From a virus (taxonomy: Duplodnaviria > Caudoviricetes): 61,111 nt of DNA. The notes under the pieces were generated by a model. It did no database searches, had not been told where the DNA came from, and worked only from the letters and a program-made list of their open reading frames with translations. Shown here piece by piece: positions 46,071-57,008 of the stretch. The position numbers and the translations under genes were made by a program. The DNA lies in the IMG/VR virus record IMGVR_UViG_3300011436_000001, positions 1-61,111 of that record; one strand, written 5' to 3'. Numbering within the stretch: the stretch's first letter is position 1; each line of letters opens with the position of its first letter.

Positions 46071-46550
46071 TCAGAAATCGCCCTCTGCCACTTGCAGACA
46101 GGTCAGGCCCCGCGCCCGCCACATCTTCACGACGCTGTTGCGATCATCAAAAACCAGATAGGGATCAAAGCCGTCAGCGATGATGCGATCCAGCAATTCG
46201 CCTTTCACAAGATCGTCGGGCCGGTAGTCCTGATCGGCGCGCAAGTACAACTTCTCATAGGCCACGACGTGCTTCCGCAGCCATGCCTCGGTCACGTCAC
46301 GGTATTCCTCGTTGCGCCCGGAACACAAAATGCCAACGGCGCTCATCGAAGATTGCACCGCGTGAAAAGCGTTGATCACCGGCTTGATCGGCTCATCCAA
46401 ATGCAGACCGCTGAAGAACGCGGGCCAATTCTTGTCGGGGCCAACAACGTGATGGCGACGATGCGCGCAATCGGCAATCGTGCCGTCGATGTCACAGATC
46501 ACGCTCAAGCGACGCGCCTTTGGCTTTGCCGGAAAATCATGTTGGCTCAT
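46071..46550 (-). CDS. HAD-family polynucleotide 3'-phosphatase (T4 PseT C-terminal-like)
   Basis: DIDGT, SGR, D.RPD..VK and FDDR..VV.MWR..GL.CLQV..GDF motifs. Confidence 0.88.
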   Translation of the reverse strand: MSQHDFPAKPKARRLSVICDIDGTIADCAHRRHHVVGPDKNWPAFFSGLHLDEPIKPVINAFHAVQSSMSAVGILCSGRNEEYRDVTEAWLRKHVVAYEKLYLRADQDYRPDDLVKGELLDRIIADGFDPYLVFDDRNSVVKMWRARGLTCLQVAEGDF

Positions 46551-46556
46551 TTGCTT

Positions 46557-46937
46557 TTACCTCGGGCCTCCCGCTGTGATACCGCCACTGGCCGATCCGG
46601 TGCCGCCGCCGTTGACCTGCCCACCACTCCCGCGCCCGGACTGCCCCGGCGCGTTCCCGTTGGCCATCGCCTGTGCGCCCGCACTAATGGCGACTTCGGA
46701 AACTTGCGCTACTCCCGTCACTACATCAACAGCGAGTTGAATGCCGCCGATGATACCGACACCGCGCCCGATCCCGCGCCCGACCGCCCCACCAGTGCCG
46801 CCGTCACCACTGCCGCCGCCCTGCGCTCCCCATGCTACATTGCTGAGGATGACGTACAAAAGCACGACAATAGCAAGCGTCCAAACCCACGGCTTCACCG
46901 CCTTCAATTCGCTCTTCCACCATATTAAATTTCTCAT
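46557..46937 (-). CDS. Gly-rich membrane or secreted protein
   Basis: N-terminal TM/signal followed by Gly-rich low-complexity sequence. Confidence 0.55.
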   Translation of the reverse strand: MRNLIWWKSELKAVKPWVWTLAIVVLLYVILSNVAWGAQGGGSGDGGTGGAVGRGIGRGVGIIGGIQLAVDVVTGVAQVSEVAISAGAQAMANGNAPGQSGRGSGGQVNGGGTGSASGGITAGGPR

Positions 46938-46959
46938 CGCCTGCTCTCCTATGTTTTGT

Positions 46960-47412
46960 TTATGATTTTGGCGGCTGAGCACGAATGTCCCCAGTCGCCT
47001 TGTCCAGCGCCGCCATGATAATCAGACCGCATTCCGAACAGAGCAATCGCTGGATGTCATGCCCAGCGACAACCTGCCCCTGCCAATCATCGGCATCGGC
47101 GAGAATGCGCAGCTTGTACCAATGCGGCGGCTTGCTGTCGGTGTAGTGGCCGGTCGCATTCTCTTGAATGTGTACATGGCCACAAATATCGCAGATATAC
47201 CGAAACGCCTGCGGGATGGTTTCAACGGTCATCTTGTTTTTCCTGCAATGCAAACATTCGCCATTTTGATGCCACGTCCAGCCGGTGTGCTTCTCGCACT
47301 TCGCGGTATGTACATCACCGTCCAAGCGACTAACGCAATCCTCTGGCGTCGGACACCCTTCAACGCAATGTCCGACCGGGCAATCACACTTCGTCGCATA
47401 GATTGGCTCCAT
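46960..47412 (-). CDS. Cys-rich Zn-binding protein
   Basis: Multiple CxxC motifs. Confidence 0.5.
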   Translation of the reverse strand: MEPIYATKCDCPVGHCVEGCPTPEDCVSRLDGDVHTAKCEKHTGWTWHQNGECLHCRKNKMTVETIPQAFRYICDICGHVHIQENATGHYTDSKPPHWYKLRILADADDWQGQVVAGHDIQRLLCSECGLIIMAALDKATGDIRAQPPKS

Positions 47413-47427
47413 CGATCTTCCGCGTGC

Positions 47428-47691
47428 TTAGCTGGCCGTGCAGCGAATGTACCAGACCGGCGTCACGCCAATCCCGCGCATGTCGGATTGCATGGCCACA
47501 ACCTCGTAGGAGCCGCCGCAGCGCTTCGTCGCTTCCATTTGCATCGTGCGGTCAATGTGCGGTGTGAAGAAGCTGTTCTTGTAGCGAAGCTCGATGACAT
47601 CCGGCCCATATTCCGTTGGTGCTCTGGTGTCCTGCACAGAACCGCAAGCTGACAACATCAACGCCATGCACCCAATAAAGAAGCGTTTCAT
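47428..47691 (-). CDS. Small lipoprotein
   Basis: MKRFFIGCMALMLSAC lipobox. Confidence 0.65.
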   Translation of the reverse strand: MKRFFIGCMALMLSACGSVQDTRAPTEYGPDVIELRYKNSFFTPHIDRTMQMEATKRCGGSYEVVAMQSDMRGIGVTPVWYIRCTAS

Positions 47692-48349
47692 CGCACTCTC
47701 CCTAGTTGTCGTAAGCTTTCTGTTCCAAGATTGTGATCTCTTCACCATAGACCCTGAATTTGCCCGTCACCCAGATATCGCCCTCGGGGCTGTCGAAGGT
47801 CTGGAAATTAAATTCATAGGTCCCATCACCATTATACAAATCAGTGATGCTGGAATGGTAGGTGTCATAGAAATACTGGTCTGGCTGGCCCGGCGGGACA
47901 TAATCACCGGAGTACTTCTTTTTGCCTTCGGCGACCCAGCGCTGATAGTCGTCAAAGGTCCCCGCGATATCCTCGACAGCCACTTTATGATACATGGGAC
48001 TTGAACCCAGCCGGTTGCGCCGTATCCAGGCGGTCCCGCTCTTCCCGCTCTAGCTGTTCGGCGGCCACGGTCAATTGCGTGTTGCACAGAATGTTATGCT
48101 TGTGCAGCGCCGGGAAATCGAAGATGGCCGCCACAATGATCTTCTCGACCATGACGCTGGCCATCGTACCCATGTCATCGGTGAATATGTACATGCTTGG
48201 CGCATTTGGTACACGGGGCCGATTGTGAAACTCTTTGAAGTGCTTCTCCGCAGCCTCTCGCGTCTTGAATAGCGCTTCCGCGATGATTGCGTTGCCAGCG
48301 GCGACAAAGCGCAGACGCCACGGGTACAATTCTATGTTGGGCATGCTGA

Positions 48350-48613
48350 TCATCGAGTAGGTTCCTTCCGCTTCAAGGTGACGCCATCGAACTCCTGCGC
48401 CTTCCACTTTTCCTCTTCGGCCTTACGACGCGTTTGCAACCGGGCAAGCTGCTGATCCTCGATGATGCCCCTGTTGCGGAATGCCAGCCCGGCGACCTGT
48501 CCCTTGGTCGCGCCAACCTGTGCCGCGATCCATTTCCAGGGTTTGCGCTCGACTAGAAACTCCATGATCGCCGCCCGCTGTTCAGCAGTTAGTGGTACGC
48601 CCGCAGCCATCAC
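48350..48613 (-). CDS. GcrA-like N-terminal HTH protein
   Basis: T.EQ...I..F....W..IAAQVG.TK.QVAGL..R resembles the GcrA N-terminal domain. Confidence 0.55.
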   Translation of the reverse strand: MMAAGVPLTAEQRAAIMEFLVERKPWKWIAAQVGATKGQVAGLAFRNRGIIEDQQLARLQTRRKAEEEKWKAQEFDGVTLKRKEPTR

Positions 48614-49121
48614 CGCTTCCCCTTCACCAGCTTCGCCTTACGCATCATGTCGGCGACTTCATAGCCTGCGGCCCGCACCGCCTTGTTGAAAATCACCGCC
48701 GTCTTGTACATGCCAGCTTCGCGAAGCTGCACTTCCATCAGCGGCAAACTCTGGCACAGGTCCAACGCGGCGCGAATGCTGTTGATCTCGCCGTGATTGA
48801 TTTTAGCCCTTTTGCTTTTTGCCATAGCCGAATGCTTCCCTCACTGAGTTGACCCAATGTGTACGCGGGCGCTTCTTCACGGCACGCGCCCGCCTAAGTT
48901 CTCTGGCGTCGCCGCATTAGGCGCGCGATGGCGAAGTGCGCCACGTTCCTCGGGGCTGTCCACTGTCATGGTGTAGCCGCAGCACTTCGGCCAGCCATGC
49001 TCTAGGCACTGCGCCGCATCGACCGTGCGCCGCTTCTTGCAATGGATGCACCAGACCACGCCGCGCTTCAACTCCGGGATCGCGTCCCGCAGCGCTCGAT
49101 AAATTGCTTGAAGCTTCTCAC

Positions 49122-49418
49122 TCATTTCTTCCTCGCGGTGATGAAGCGGCCTTTCAAAAAGCCGCCCTTGAGAATGCGCTTGTTGACTTCGGCCTCCATG
49201 ACATCGCGGAAAGCTATGCCATTCAGCGTGGCCGTGTCTATCAGGCACGCCAAAACATCGGCGTACTCTTGCAAGTCATACGGGGTCCGCGCGATCTCCG
49301 ACGCCTCTTCGTATATCTTGTTGACAAGCATCGCCCGATGCACGGGCAACGGCAAGACCCTGACAACCTCACCCGGCAGCGCCTTCACCTTGTCCCGAAC
49401 CAGCTTGTTGATCGCCAT
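49122..49418 (-). CDS. MazG/HisE-like NTP pyrophosphohydrolase
   Basis: NKLVRDK, K..EE..E, EYADVL and KR..KGGF motifs. Confidence 0.8.
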   Translation of the reverse strand: MAINKLVRDKVKALPGEVVRVLPLPVHRAMLVNKIYEEASEIARTPYDLQEYADVLACLIDTATLNGIAFRDVMEAEVNKRILKGGFLKGRFITARKK

Positions 49419-49747
49419 CAGCCTATCTCCCCTTTCCACTGTTTGGGACGTTCTACGGCGCGGATGCGCAACACCACTTCCTGGCACTCATCAGCCCAGC
49501 CGTTGCCGCTTGGTGTGCAGTTGCAGAGCCCGGCCAGTAGCTCATCCACAGTCGCGTCGCCGCTGGCCTGCACAGTCCTCGGTCCGCGCATCGGATTGTG
49601 GTTAGTGCCGACGCGCTCGAATGTGTACAGATACGGCGATAGCTCTTTGGGCTTTTTGCGAAACCACATAATGCATCCTTTCTCCCGGCAGCAAAACGCC
49701 GCCCTGGTCCTATTATACAATCCAGGTTTTTGGTTAGCGCAGTGGAT

Positions 49748-49975
49748 TTAGGGAACGTGCCAAGGAGCCGCGTTTCGCCGATGACGGTCCCGCAAGCTGC
49801 TTATCGAATTGAATGCCAGCCTCGCCCTGCGGAAAACGCTGATCCAGCTTTCCAAGTTGCTGTCGATGATCGTCGCGTGCTCGACATTGCCGTACGTATT
49901 GCGTATCCACTGCATCATATCGAACGGCTTAGGGTTCTGCGCTTCATACATCGCCATCGTCTTGCTCATTGTCAT
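49748..49975 (-). CDS. Small protein, EDNxL motif family
   Basis: ATIIDSNLESWI. Confidence 0.6.
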   Translation of the reverse strand: MTMSKTMAMYEAQNPKPFDMMQWIRNTYGNVEHATIIDSNLESWISVFRRARLAFNSISSLRDRHRRNAAPWHVP

Positions 49976-50129
49976 TCGCGGTCATCATCTTGTCGCGCAA
50001 CTTCAAGTCCATCAGCCACCAGTACATCTCTTCCATCCAAAATTCCAACGCGCTATCGTGCAGCATTGCGCCCCGCACCCTATCAAGCGTGGCGGCGTTC
50101 GGGAAAAGATGGCGCGTGCTACTGGCCAT
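49944..50129 (-). CDS. Small protein, EDNxL motif family
   Basis: AMLHDSALEFWM. Confidence 0.6.
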   Translation of the reverse strand: MASSTRHLFPNAATLDRVRGAMLHDSALEFWMEEMYWWLMDLKLRDKMMTANDNEQDDGDV

Positions 50130-50133
50130 ATCG

Positions 50134-50295
50134 CTAATCTAAGCTGTCCCTACCGTTGTACACTTCCTGCCACAATTGCCACAGATCAAACTCCTCGATC
50201 CAGTATCGCAAATTGTTGTCGCCGATAACCGTCGATTTTTCTGCGCAGCTATGAATTGCGTCATCCACCATCGGGCTGCACAAATCCTCTTCCAT
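50134..50295 (-). CDS. Small protein, EDNxL motif family (53 aa, not in ORF track)
   Basis: MEEDL...TVIGDNNLRYWIEEF. Confidence 0.55.
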   Translation of the reverse strand: MEEDLCSPMVDDAIHSCAEKSTVIGDNNLRYWIEEFDLWQLWQEVYNGRDSLD

Positions 50296-50296
50296 G

Positions 50297-50617
50297 CTAG
50301 CGGCGCTTACGCGATCCAGTTATAGACGGCGAGAAAAGTGAGTACGATTGCGACGGTGTAGCAGACGATCCTAATGAATGAACCCATGCCTGTATCTCCC
50401 TTGCGATCTTGAGATAGTCACCCGATGGCCGCCGGTCAATCTCCTGGCCCGGCCTGTAGTGCCGCCAGATCGCATTGCGAAAGCGTTTTGGCAATCGCAG
50501 CCAATGCTCTTTGCAGCCCCACATCGCGGGCGGGACCTGCCGCTCGCAGCCGGGCCAATGGCATTCATGCCGCCGGGTCTGCGCTTGCTTCAGAACGTAT
50601 TCGACTTTGCTCCGCAT
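50297..50617 (-). CDS. Conserved phage Cys/His Zn-binding protein
   Basis: H.CHWPGC..QVPPAMWGC..HW..LP motif. Confidence 0.65.
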   Translation of the reverse strand: MRSKVEYVLKQAQTRRHECHWPGCERQVPPAMWGCKEHWLRLPKRFRNAIWRHYRPGQEIDRRPSGDYLKIAREIQAWVHSLGSSATPSQSYSLFSPSITGSRKRR

Positions 50618-51029
50618 CTTCAGGCTTCTTTGACTTTGTGTACAACACAACGTATGCCTCAGCCAATTTCTGCAACGGCTCCGGCGCATCGGTTGTTTGC
50701 AGCCAGCGCGCAAAGCGCGCGACCGCATCGAAATTTATCTGATCGCCGCTTTCTGGTTTATCAGCCATCTTTTGGAACCTCAATATACGTCAACGCCTGT
50801 GGCTCGACCCAGCGCACCAGACGCACCTCGACTTCGACAACGCCACAGCCGCCCTTGACGATGCATGTACGCACATCCTTAGCCGCTTCGACCGACGGGA
50901 ATAACAGCGTGCCGTTGCTGTCACCATCAAGATGATGCTCCCAATCGATGCCATCCATAAAGCATTTGACGCGACGCTGTTCCTGCACCGCGTCGCTGAA
51001 GTACCGAACGTTGCTCTTGTGAGGCTCTT

Positions 51030-51239
51030 TCATTTGTCCAACCAGACAATTCGAGTTTTGCCGTTGTGCCCATGCACGGCGTCGATGGTTCCGATGTTTG
51101 CGTACACAGCGACGCTGGTGTGTGGACCGAACCACGTCAAGACGCATTGCCCATGCCACAGTTCCACACCTTCAGCAACGCGGCCCGTCCCGCTCACGCC
51201 CGTCTCATCGTCATCCCGGTGTAATTCAAATCTGCGCAT
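51030..51239 (-). CDS. Conserved phage hypothetical protein
   Basis: F.L.R..D.TGVSGTG.VAEGV and HGH.G.T.I.W motifs. Confidence 0.7.
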   Translation of the reverse strand: MRRFELHRDDDETGVSGTGRVAEGVELWHGQCVLTWFGPHTSVAVYANIGTIDAVHGHNGKTRIVWLDK

Positions 51240-51250
51240 GGTTCACCTCG

Positions 51251-51490
51251 TTATGGACTAGCGGATTGATAGAAGCGCGCGTATTTCGGCTTGATGCCAT
51301 GCTTATACAAAATCGCATGCACCTCTTCACAGTCATCATCTGGCACCTCACCAGTGTACTCAGCCGACGCATCGGATGCGCCGCAACGGTAAGCATAGAT
51401 CACGTTGGCATCAACAATGTCCTCGATGGAATTATAGCTGCATCCAGCGATCACCAAAAGCGATATGCCTATGACAATGAAACGGCGCAT
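51251..51490 (-). CDS. Small lipoprotein
   Basis: MRRFIVIGISLLVIAGC lipobox. Confidence 0.65.
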   Translation of the reverse strand: MRRFIVIGISLLVIAGCSYNSIEDIVDANVIYAYRCGASDASAEYTGEVPDDDCEEVHAILYKHGIKPKYARFYQSASP

Positions 51491-51753
51491 GGATCACCTT
51501 TCGATCTTGTTGGGGTTATAAAAGCCGCTATCAAAATCGAGAATTGCGTACACACTCAGCGGCTCCGGCATCGTTTCCTGCGGGATCAAGCGAATGAAAA
51601 CCGACGCCACGCGACGCCAACCCTCCCGCGAATTGTGATCGGCCTCGACGTTCCAACGTTCGCGGCACGCGGTTTCAAACGTGGCGCGATGCTCTTCAGG
51701 CGGCTGCCCACACCATGCCATGAAGCACTGAAACGCGATCTCATCCAGATTTG

Positions 51754-51987
51754 TCACGCTGTGTACACTCCATAGTGCAGACGCTTGATTTCTTTGCGGC
51801 GCACCAGAGAACCTAGCGCATTGTAAAGCTGCTTCCTCGATACGCTGACACTCATCCCATCCAGCTTGTTTGCGATCATCTCGACGCTAAGACGATTGCC
51901 CGGCAACATGCCCCTTATGAGATGTGGAAGACCGCTCCCGCGAAACGCCCGCCCGCATGTTGGACAGCGCTCGCGCAGCGCGGTCAT
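51754..51987 (-). CDS. Zn-knuckle plus winged-HTH protein
   Basis: CPTCGR and LYNALGSLVRRKEIKRLHYGVY. Confidence 0.6.
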   Translation of the reverse strand: MTALRERCPTCGRAFRGSGLPHLIRGMLPGNRLSVEMIANKLDGMSVSVSRKQLYNALGSLVRRKEIKRLHYGVYTA

Positions 51988-52545
51988 GGCTGTATTCTTT
52001 CAAGTGTTTCTATGGCTTTCCCAGCTTCGGTTTGCCACCAATGCCATTGGCCAAAATCATTCAGCCGATACTCTCCAATCATAACAGGTAAGATTTTCTG
52101 CGATCCATAAGGCTGCATTGGGCTGTAGAACTTTTTAGATTTCTGCCAATGCGCTAGTCGCTTTCCATCAAGAGGTCCACCAATACACTCGCCGACAAAT
52201 GAATGTGTCATCACTCCCCATCCCTCACCGGCCCGGCGCTCGCCAGGGCGCGGATGGCGGCGGCTTGACATGGGCTACTCCAATCGCCGTCTGCATGGTG
52301 AACCCATGAGCCACGTCCATTAAGTTTCAGCGGATATGCGGCTTCGCACAAAGTACACATTGCCTTGCAATGGGCCTCCACAGCCCGCGCCCGCTCCGCT
52401 GCGCCGTGGGCGGTGACGCGACGATCAAGTTCGACTTCATCCTTGTATCGCATTCCCGCATTGTAGGCGGCCCGCAATGCCTGTGCGATGCGGTACTCAT
52501 TGCCGACAACAGACTTAGCGATGGCGTCGTATTCAGGAATTGGAT

Positions 52546-52820
52546 GCGCCGCATCCTGCGCGCTGGCCGGGGCGGTCATGGCTTGTACTCTCCCACGTTG
52601 AAGTCACTTCGACCGATAAAATTATCTTTGCTTGACGTATCAATGGGTATGCCAGGACGCGCCTCGGACAACCGCCGCCGCAGATCGGCGATCTCTTGCT
52701 GCTGGGCCTCGATCATATCGGCCTCTGTTGGGTAACCATGTCGGCGCAGTCTATCTACGGCACCTTTAATTCTTACCTCTTGCCGCGCCGCATCCTGCGC
52801 GCTGGTCGGGGCGGTCATGG
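52546..52820. repeat. 36-bp direct repeat (35/36 identical) at the starts of two adjacent genes
   Basis: Copies at 52546-52581 and 52785-52820; encode MTAPASAQDAA and MTAPTSAQDAA. Confidence 0.85.
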
Positions 52821-53714
52821 GCGCTGTTCCTCTAATCCGCAACGGACACATTTCTGATACACCACAGTTGTACCATCAGCCGCTAAATGCCGCAGCCAAT
52901 CGTGGGCGCATCTGATCTGTCCCGCCTCCGTCCCAGGGGCGGCGCGGACTGCCGCTATCAATCGTTCCCGCGTCTCTTCGATAGCGGCATTTCGTTCAGC
53001 GCGGGGCAGCCCATCGATTTTCATGTGCTGCCACAGCGTAACTAGATCAGTAGCGGCATCGACAATCGACTTCGCTCGCGCACGTTCGACGGTGATGGCG
53101 GCGGTGATGTGCTTCAGCACGACGCTAGACGCAGCCTTACTGACGGTTGTCCAACCGCCACATTCGGCATCGGCTGCATCAAGGCATTCCGCCGCCAGTT
53201 CAGATGGAAGCGTTTCCTTTCGTGCAAGGGCTGCGTCAACTATCATAACGATGTGGTCGGAAGCTACCCAACAATCCCCAGCATCATCGCAATGGTCCGA
53301 CTGCTTTGCCTGCTCACGCAAAACCGCCAGAGCCCGCCGCAGATTGACGATCTCCTGTTCCAAGGTCAGATAGGCGCGGGCGAGGTTGCCAGTTTCGGCT
53401 ACATCATCCCATTCCTCGGCTAACGGCCCCCAATCCTTTGTCCGTTCCGCAAACGCCTTCGCCTTCGTCTGATCCGCGCGCATCTTCTCAATCGCCTTTT
53501 CCGCTTCGTCAACGTAATCCTGCACATCTTGATTGAAGCTGGCTCCGCGTTTCTCAGCGCTCATCACGTTGGTCCTCTGTTGGTACACATCTGATCTGGG
53601 GCACCACGGCCAATGCATACCGGGGTAGTCTTGCGTTTCACAATGGCATTCGGCCTTCGCTGCCTCTAGCCGCTTGTCCAGTTGCTCATTGTTCATGCGC
53701 TTCTCGCCCATCAT
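52815..53714 (-). CDS. Hypothetical mosaic protein
   Basis: 299-aa ORF, coupled on both sides. Confidence 0.55.
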   Translation of the reverse strand: MMGEKRMNNEQLDKRLEAAKAECHCETQDYPGMHWPWCPRSDVYQQRTNVMSAEKRGASFNQDVQDYVDEAEKAIEKMRADQTKAKAFAERTKDWGPLAEEWDDVAETGNLARAYLTLEQEIVNLRRALAVLREQAKQSDHCDDAGDCWVASDHIVMIVDAALARKETLPSELAAECLDAADAECGGWTTVSKAASSVVLKHITAAITVERARAKSIVDAATDLVTLWQHMKIDGLPRAERNAAIEETRERLIAAVRAAPGTEAGQIRCAHDWLRHLAADGTTVVYQKCVRCGLEEQRP

Positions 53715-55147
53715 CCCGGCCCCTGACGTTCACCGCCGCGTGGCGGGTCATTGCTGCTTTCACGCGCCCATTGCTCCAATTCGGCACGGCGATGTGCTGG
53801 CCATTTGGCGACCTCATCAACGGCCCGCTTTAGCTGCTCTTGAAGTTCCACCGCCCGCTCAATCCGCCGCGTGGCTTCAGTCGGCTTCGGAGCGGGACGC
53901 TTGCGAAGACGCTTCATGTCAGCTTTCCCCCACCGCGCTGGTAGTCGGCACATCTCGTTTTGCATTGAACGCAACCGCCGCCCTCGCATCTGAAATCCAC
54001 ATGCACCAGTGCGGCATGCCGTGCATGTAGTGACCAAAGGCGATAGGCCGGTCAGGATCATGGCCCGGATTTAAGCACTTCTCGATTTCGCGCGCCACCA
54101 ATTCAACAGCGGAACCGCCGCGCAACGTATTGAGACAGATACGCGCCTGCCGCTGCCAGCCCTCGCTATCCGGTTGGCCACATGTACGCAACGCAGCCGA
54201 CATAGCGGCGATATCTTCATCTGTCCAATCGAAGAACGCAATTGGCCCGGCCCACTCTTTCGGTGGCTGCGGCGCTTTGCGATTAAAAGGCCACATTGTA
54301 CACTCTCATTTCTACCGGCAATACCAACCGCGCAACTGGCGCAGCCCGTTCAGCACCTTGCGAATATCCACCTTGCTAACGCCACACTTCGCGTGCAGCA
54401 AGATCACGATGGCCTCTTCATTGAGCCCGCTCTTGTTCAATGCGTCGGCAGCGTCGCCGATCTTCACAATGGCTTCGGCGAGTACACCTTTTTCAACGGG
54501 CTTTTCGTTCGACTGTTCGACCTTGATGCGCGCCATACCGAATGCCTCCCTTATATTAGCTTGTTCCCGCGCCACTGCACTCGCCGCGCCTCGCATCGCA
54601 GCGCTCTGAAATCGCTCCGGCTTTGTTGGCCGCTCGGGCAAGTCGATCACGTCATTCGGCCCGCAATAGGCGCGGGCTTCCCGGATCGCGGCCTGTTCTG
54701 TTTCGCAGTACACATAGCCGTCCTGGATCACAACACGATAGGGCGGCAAATTTCTTCCCGCTGGTGTGCGTTCGACGCGCATGGGTCAGTTCCTCGCTGC
54801 CTTAAATGTGTAGTCGCCCGGCATGTACAACTTGCCATCGATGATTTCTTCATAGGTGACTTCGGCCTGCGAGAAATCAGCGTTCAGCTTCCCGGCCTGT
54901 TGCAGATATTGATTGATGCGCGCAAACGTGTCTTTGGTCATGAAGGATTTGACACCCTCCCGCAAAGTCTCTTGCAGATGGTCATCGCAGATCGCCAGCC
55001 CAACACGGCCAATCAACGCGGGCGAGGTTTTCGGATGGCCTTCAGCCCAAACTTTCCAGCCTAGCTGCCACTTCGCCTCTTCGCTGCAATCCTTGCGCAT
55101 GCATTGCATGGAGCCACCCCCGCACCATCGATTGATCTTGAGGTAGT

Positions 55148-55301
55148 GTAACAGGACCGGGCCTTACCACCACTGCCTAATCGAAGGCTAACCCGCTCAG
55201 GGTCTAGTTGTTGGCAGCTTCAAGAGCGGATGGTTCCCCCAAGCCCGTAAGTCGGCAGCTTCGAGGGGGCTTTCGCCTTGGGCAAATCCCAGCCCTGCTA
55301 C
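55148..55301 (-). ncRNA. Candidate structured ncRNA
   Basis: 14-bp closing stem, GAAA tetraloop, two hairpins with identical AAGCUGC loops, T-loop-like hairpin; fills an intergenic gap. Confidence 0.65.
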
Positions 55302-55305
55302 CTCG

Positions 55306-55797
55306 TTAGAAGCTCGCCAGCGCGGTCACGATCATCTTCAGATCGCGAATGCGGGCGGGCTCCAAGTACTCGGTGCGGTCCTTCACCTTCTTGTTGATGA
55401 CCTTCACGCGCATCTCATTGTGTGCCTTCATAAGCTCTTGAATGCTGATCTCGAAAAACAATTCCTGATCGGTCGCGTCGGTGACCTTCGGCGTGCCCTG
55501 ATAAAGTACACGCTTCTCGACCGGAATATTCTCATCCATATCGGCAATGAAAACCTGAACGATACGCAACTGCGCCATGTTTGCCTTCCCTTCGATTTCG
55601 TTGCGGGCTTCTGCCACAACTTCATTGATGAAACCAGCAGCGGGCAAGGTGACGCGGCGAAGAAACTGCCCCGCTTGTGGGAGCACCCCCTTCATAGTCT
55701 CACCAACATCCCAATCGCCGCCAGTCATTCCCATCGGCACCGCCGTCGATGCGTACACCATGTTCGCGATGGTTGGTGTCTCACTTCCTGTTGCCAT
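55306..55797 (-). CDS. Conserved phage hypothetical protein
   Basis: RIVQVFIAD.DEN.P, TDATDQELFFEI and YLEPARIRDLKM motifs. Confidence 0.65.
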   Translation of the reverse strand: MATGSETPTIANMVYASTAVPMGMTGGDWDVGETMKGVLPQAGQFLRRVTLPAAGFINEVVAEARNEIEGKANMAQLRIVQVFIADMDENIPVEKRVLYQGTPKVTDATDQELFFEISIQELMKAHNEMRVKVINKKVKDRTEYLEPARIRDLKMIVTALASF

Positions 55798-55932
55798 TCA
55801 CGTACTCCTCTCCAAAAAACAAAAGAGCCATGATGAAGTCGCCCGACACCATCATGGCCCCCTTGAGGCTAGCAAAACCCGTTGACTACAGCCGCCACGG
55901 TTCGGCGCAATGCCGTCTGCTAGCTTTTCCGA

Positions 55933-56499
<567 letters not shown>

Positions 56500-56567
56500 C
56501 TCCACACGTTTGAAAAGCTCGTTTCTAACCTTATCATACAATCCTGACTTTAGGACAGTGACAACCG

Positions 56568-57008
56568 TCACATACCGGTCAGCCTTGCTTCAAGCGGAAC
56601 CTGCGGCGGATCGATGCCACGATCTTCGTTGTTTCGCTGGGTCCGCCGATGCGGATCATCTCGACGCACTCCCGCGCGGTAGCCTCCCGCGCCTTCCTTA
56701 TTGCCGCGTTCAGATGGCGACGCTGCCCTGGTGAAAACCAAACCGTCTTGCGGATCGCTGGCTTTCGCATTTTCGTACTCCTGCTGTTTAATCACAAACT
56801 CTAAAAGTCCCGAAAGCAGACCAAGCTCGTTGTCAGTCCAATGTTCGGGCGCGGGTGGCATACCAATTACCAGAACGTTAACCGTCGGCGATGAGCGCCC
56901 GGCAGCCCATTCACAAAACCACTCGACGTACTCATTCTGCTTTCTCTCGCGGCCCGGCAACCGCATCGACATGATGATATCAGGAAAAGATGTTGTCGCC
57001 ATGATCAT
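56568..57008 (-). CDS. Protein with EDNxL-like motif; 3' part overlaps the 56579..56770 ORF
   Basis: EHWTDNELGLL. Confidence 0.45.
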   Translation of the reverse strand: MIMATTSFPDIIMSMRLPGRERKQNEYVEWFCEWAAGRSSPTVNVLVIGMPPAPEHWTDNELGLLSGLLEFVIKQQEYENAKASDPQDGLVFTRAASPSERGNKEGAGGYRAGVRRDDPHRRTQRNNEDRGIDPPQVPLEARLTGM

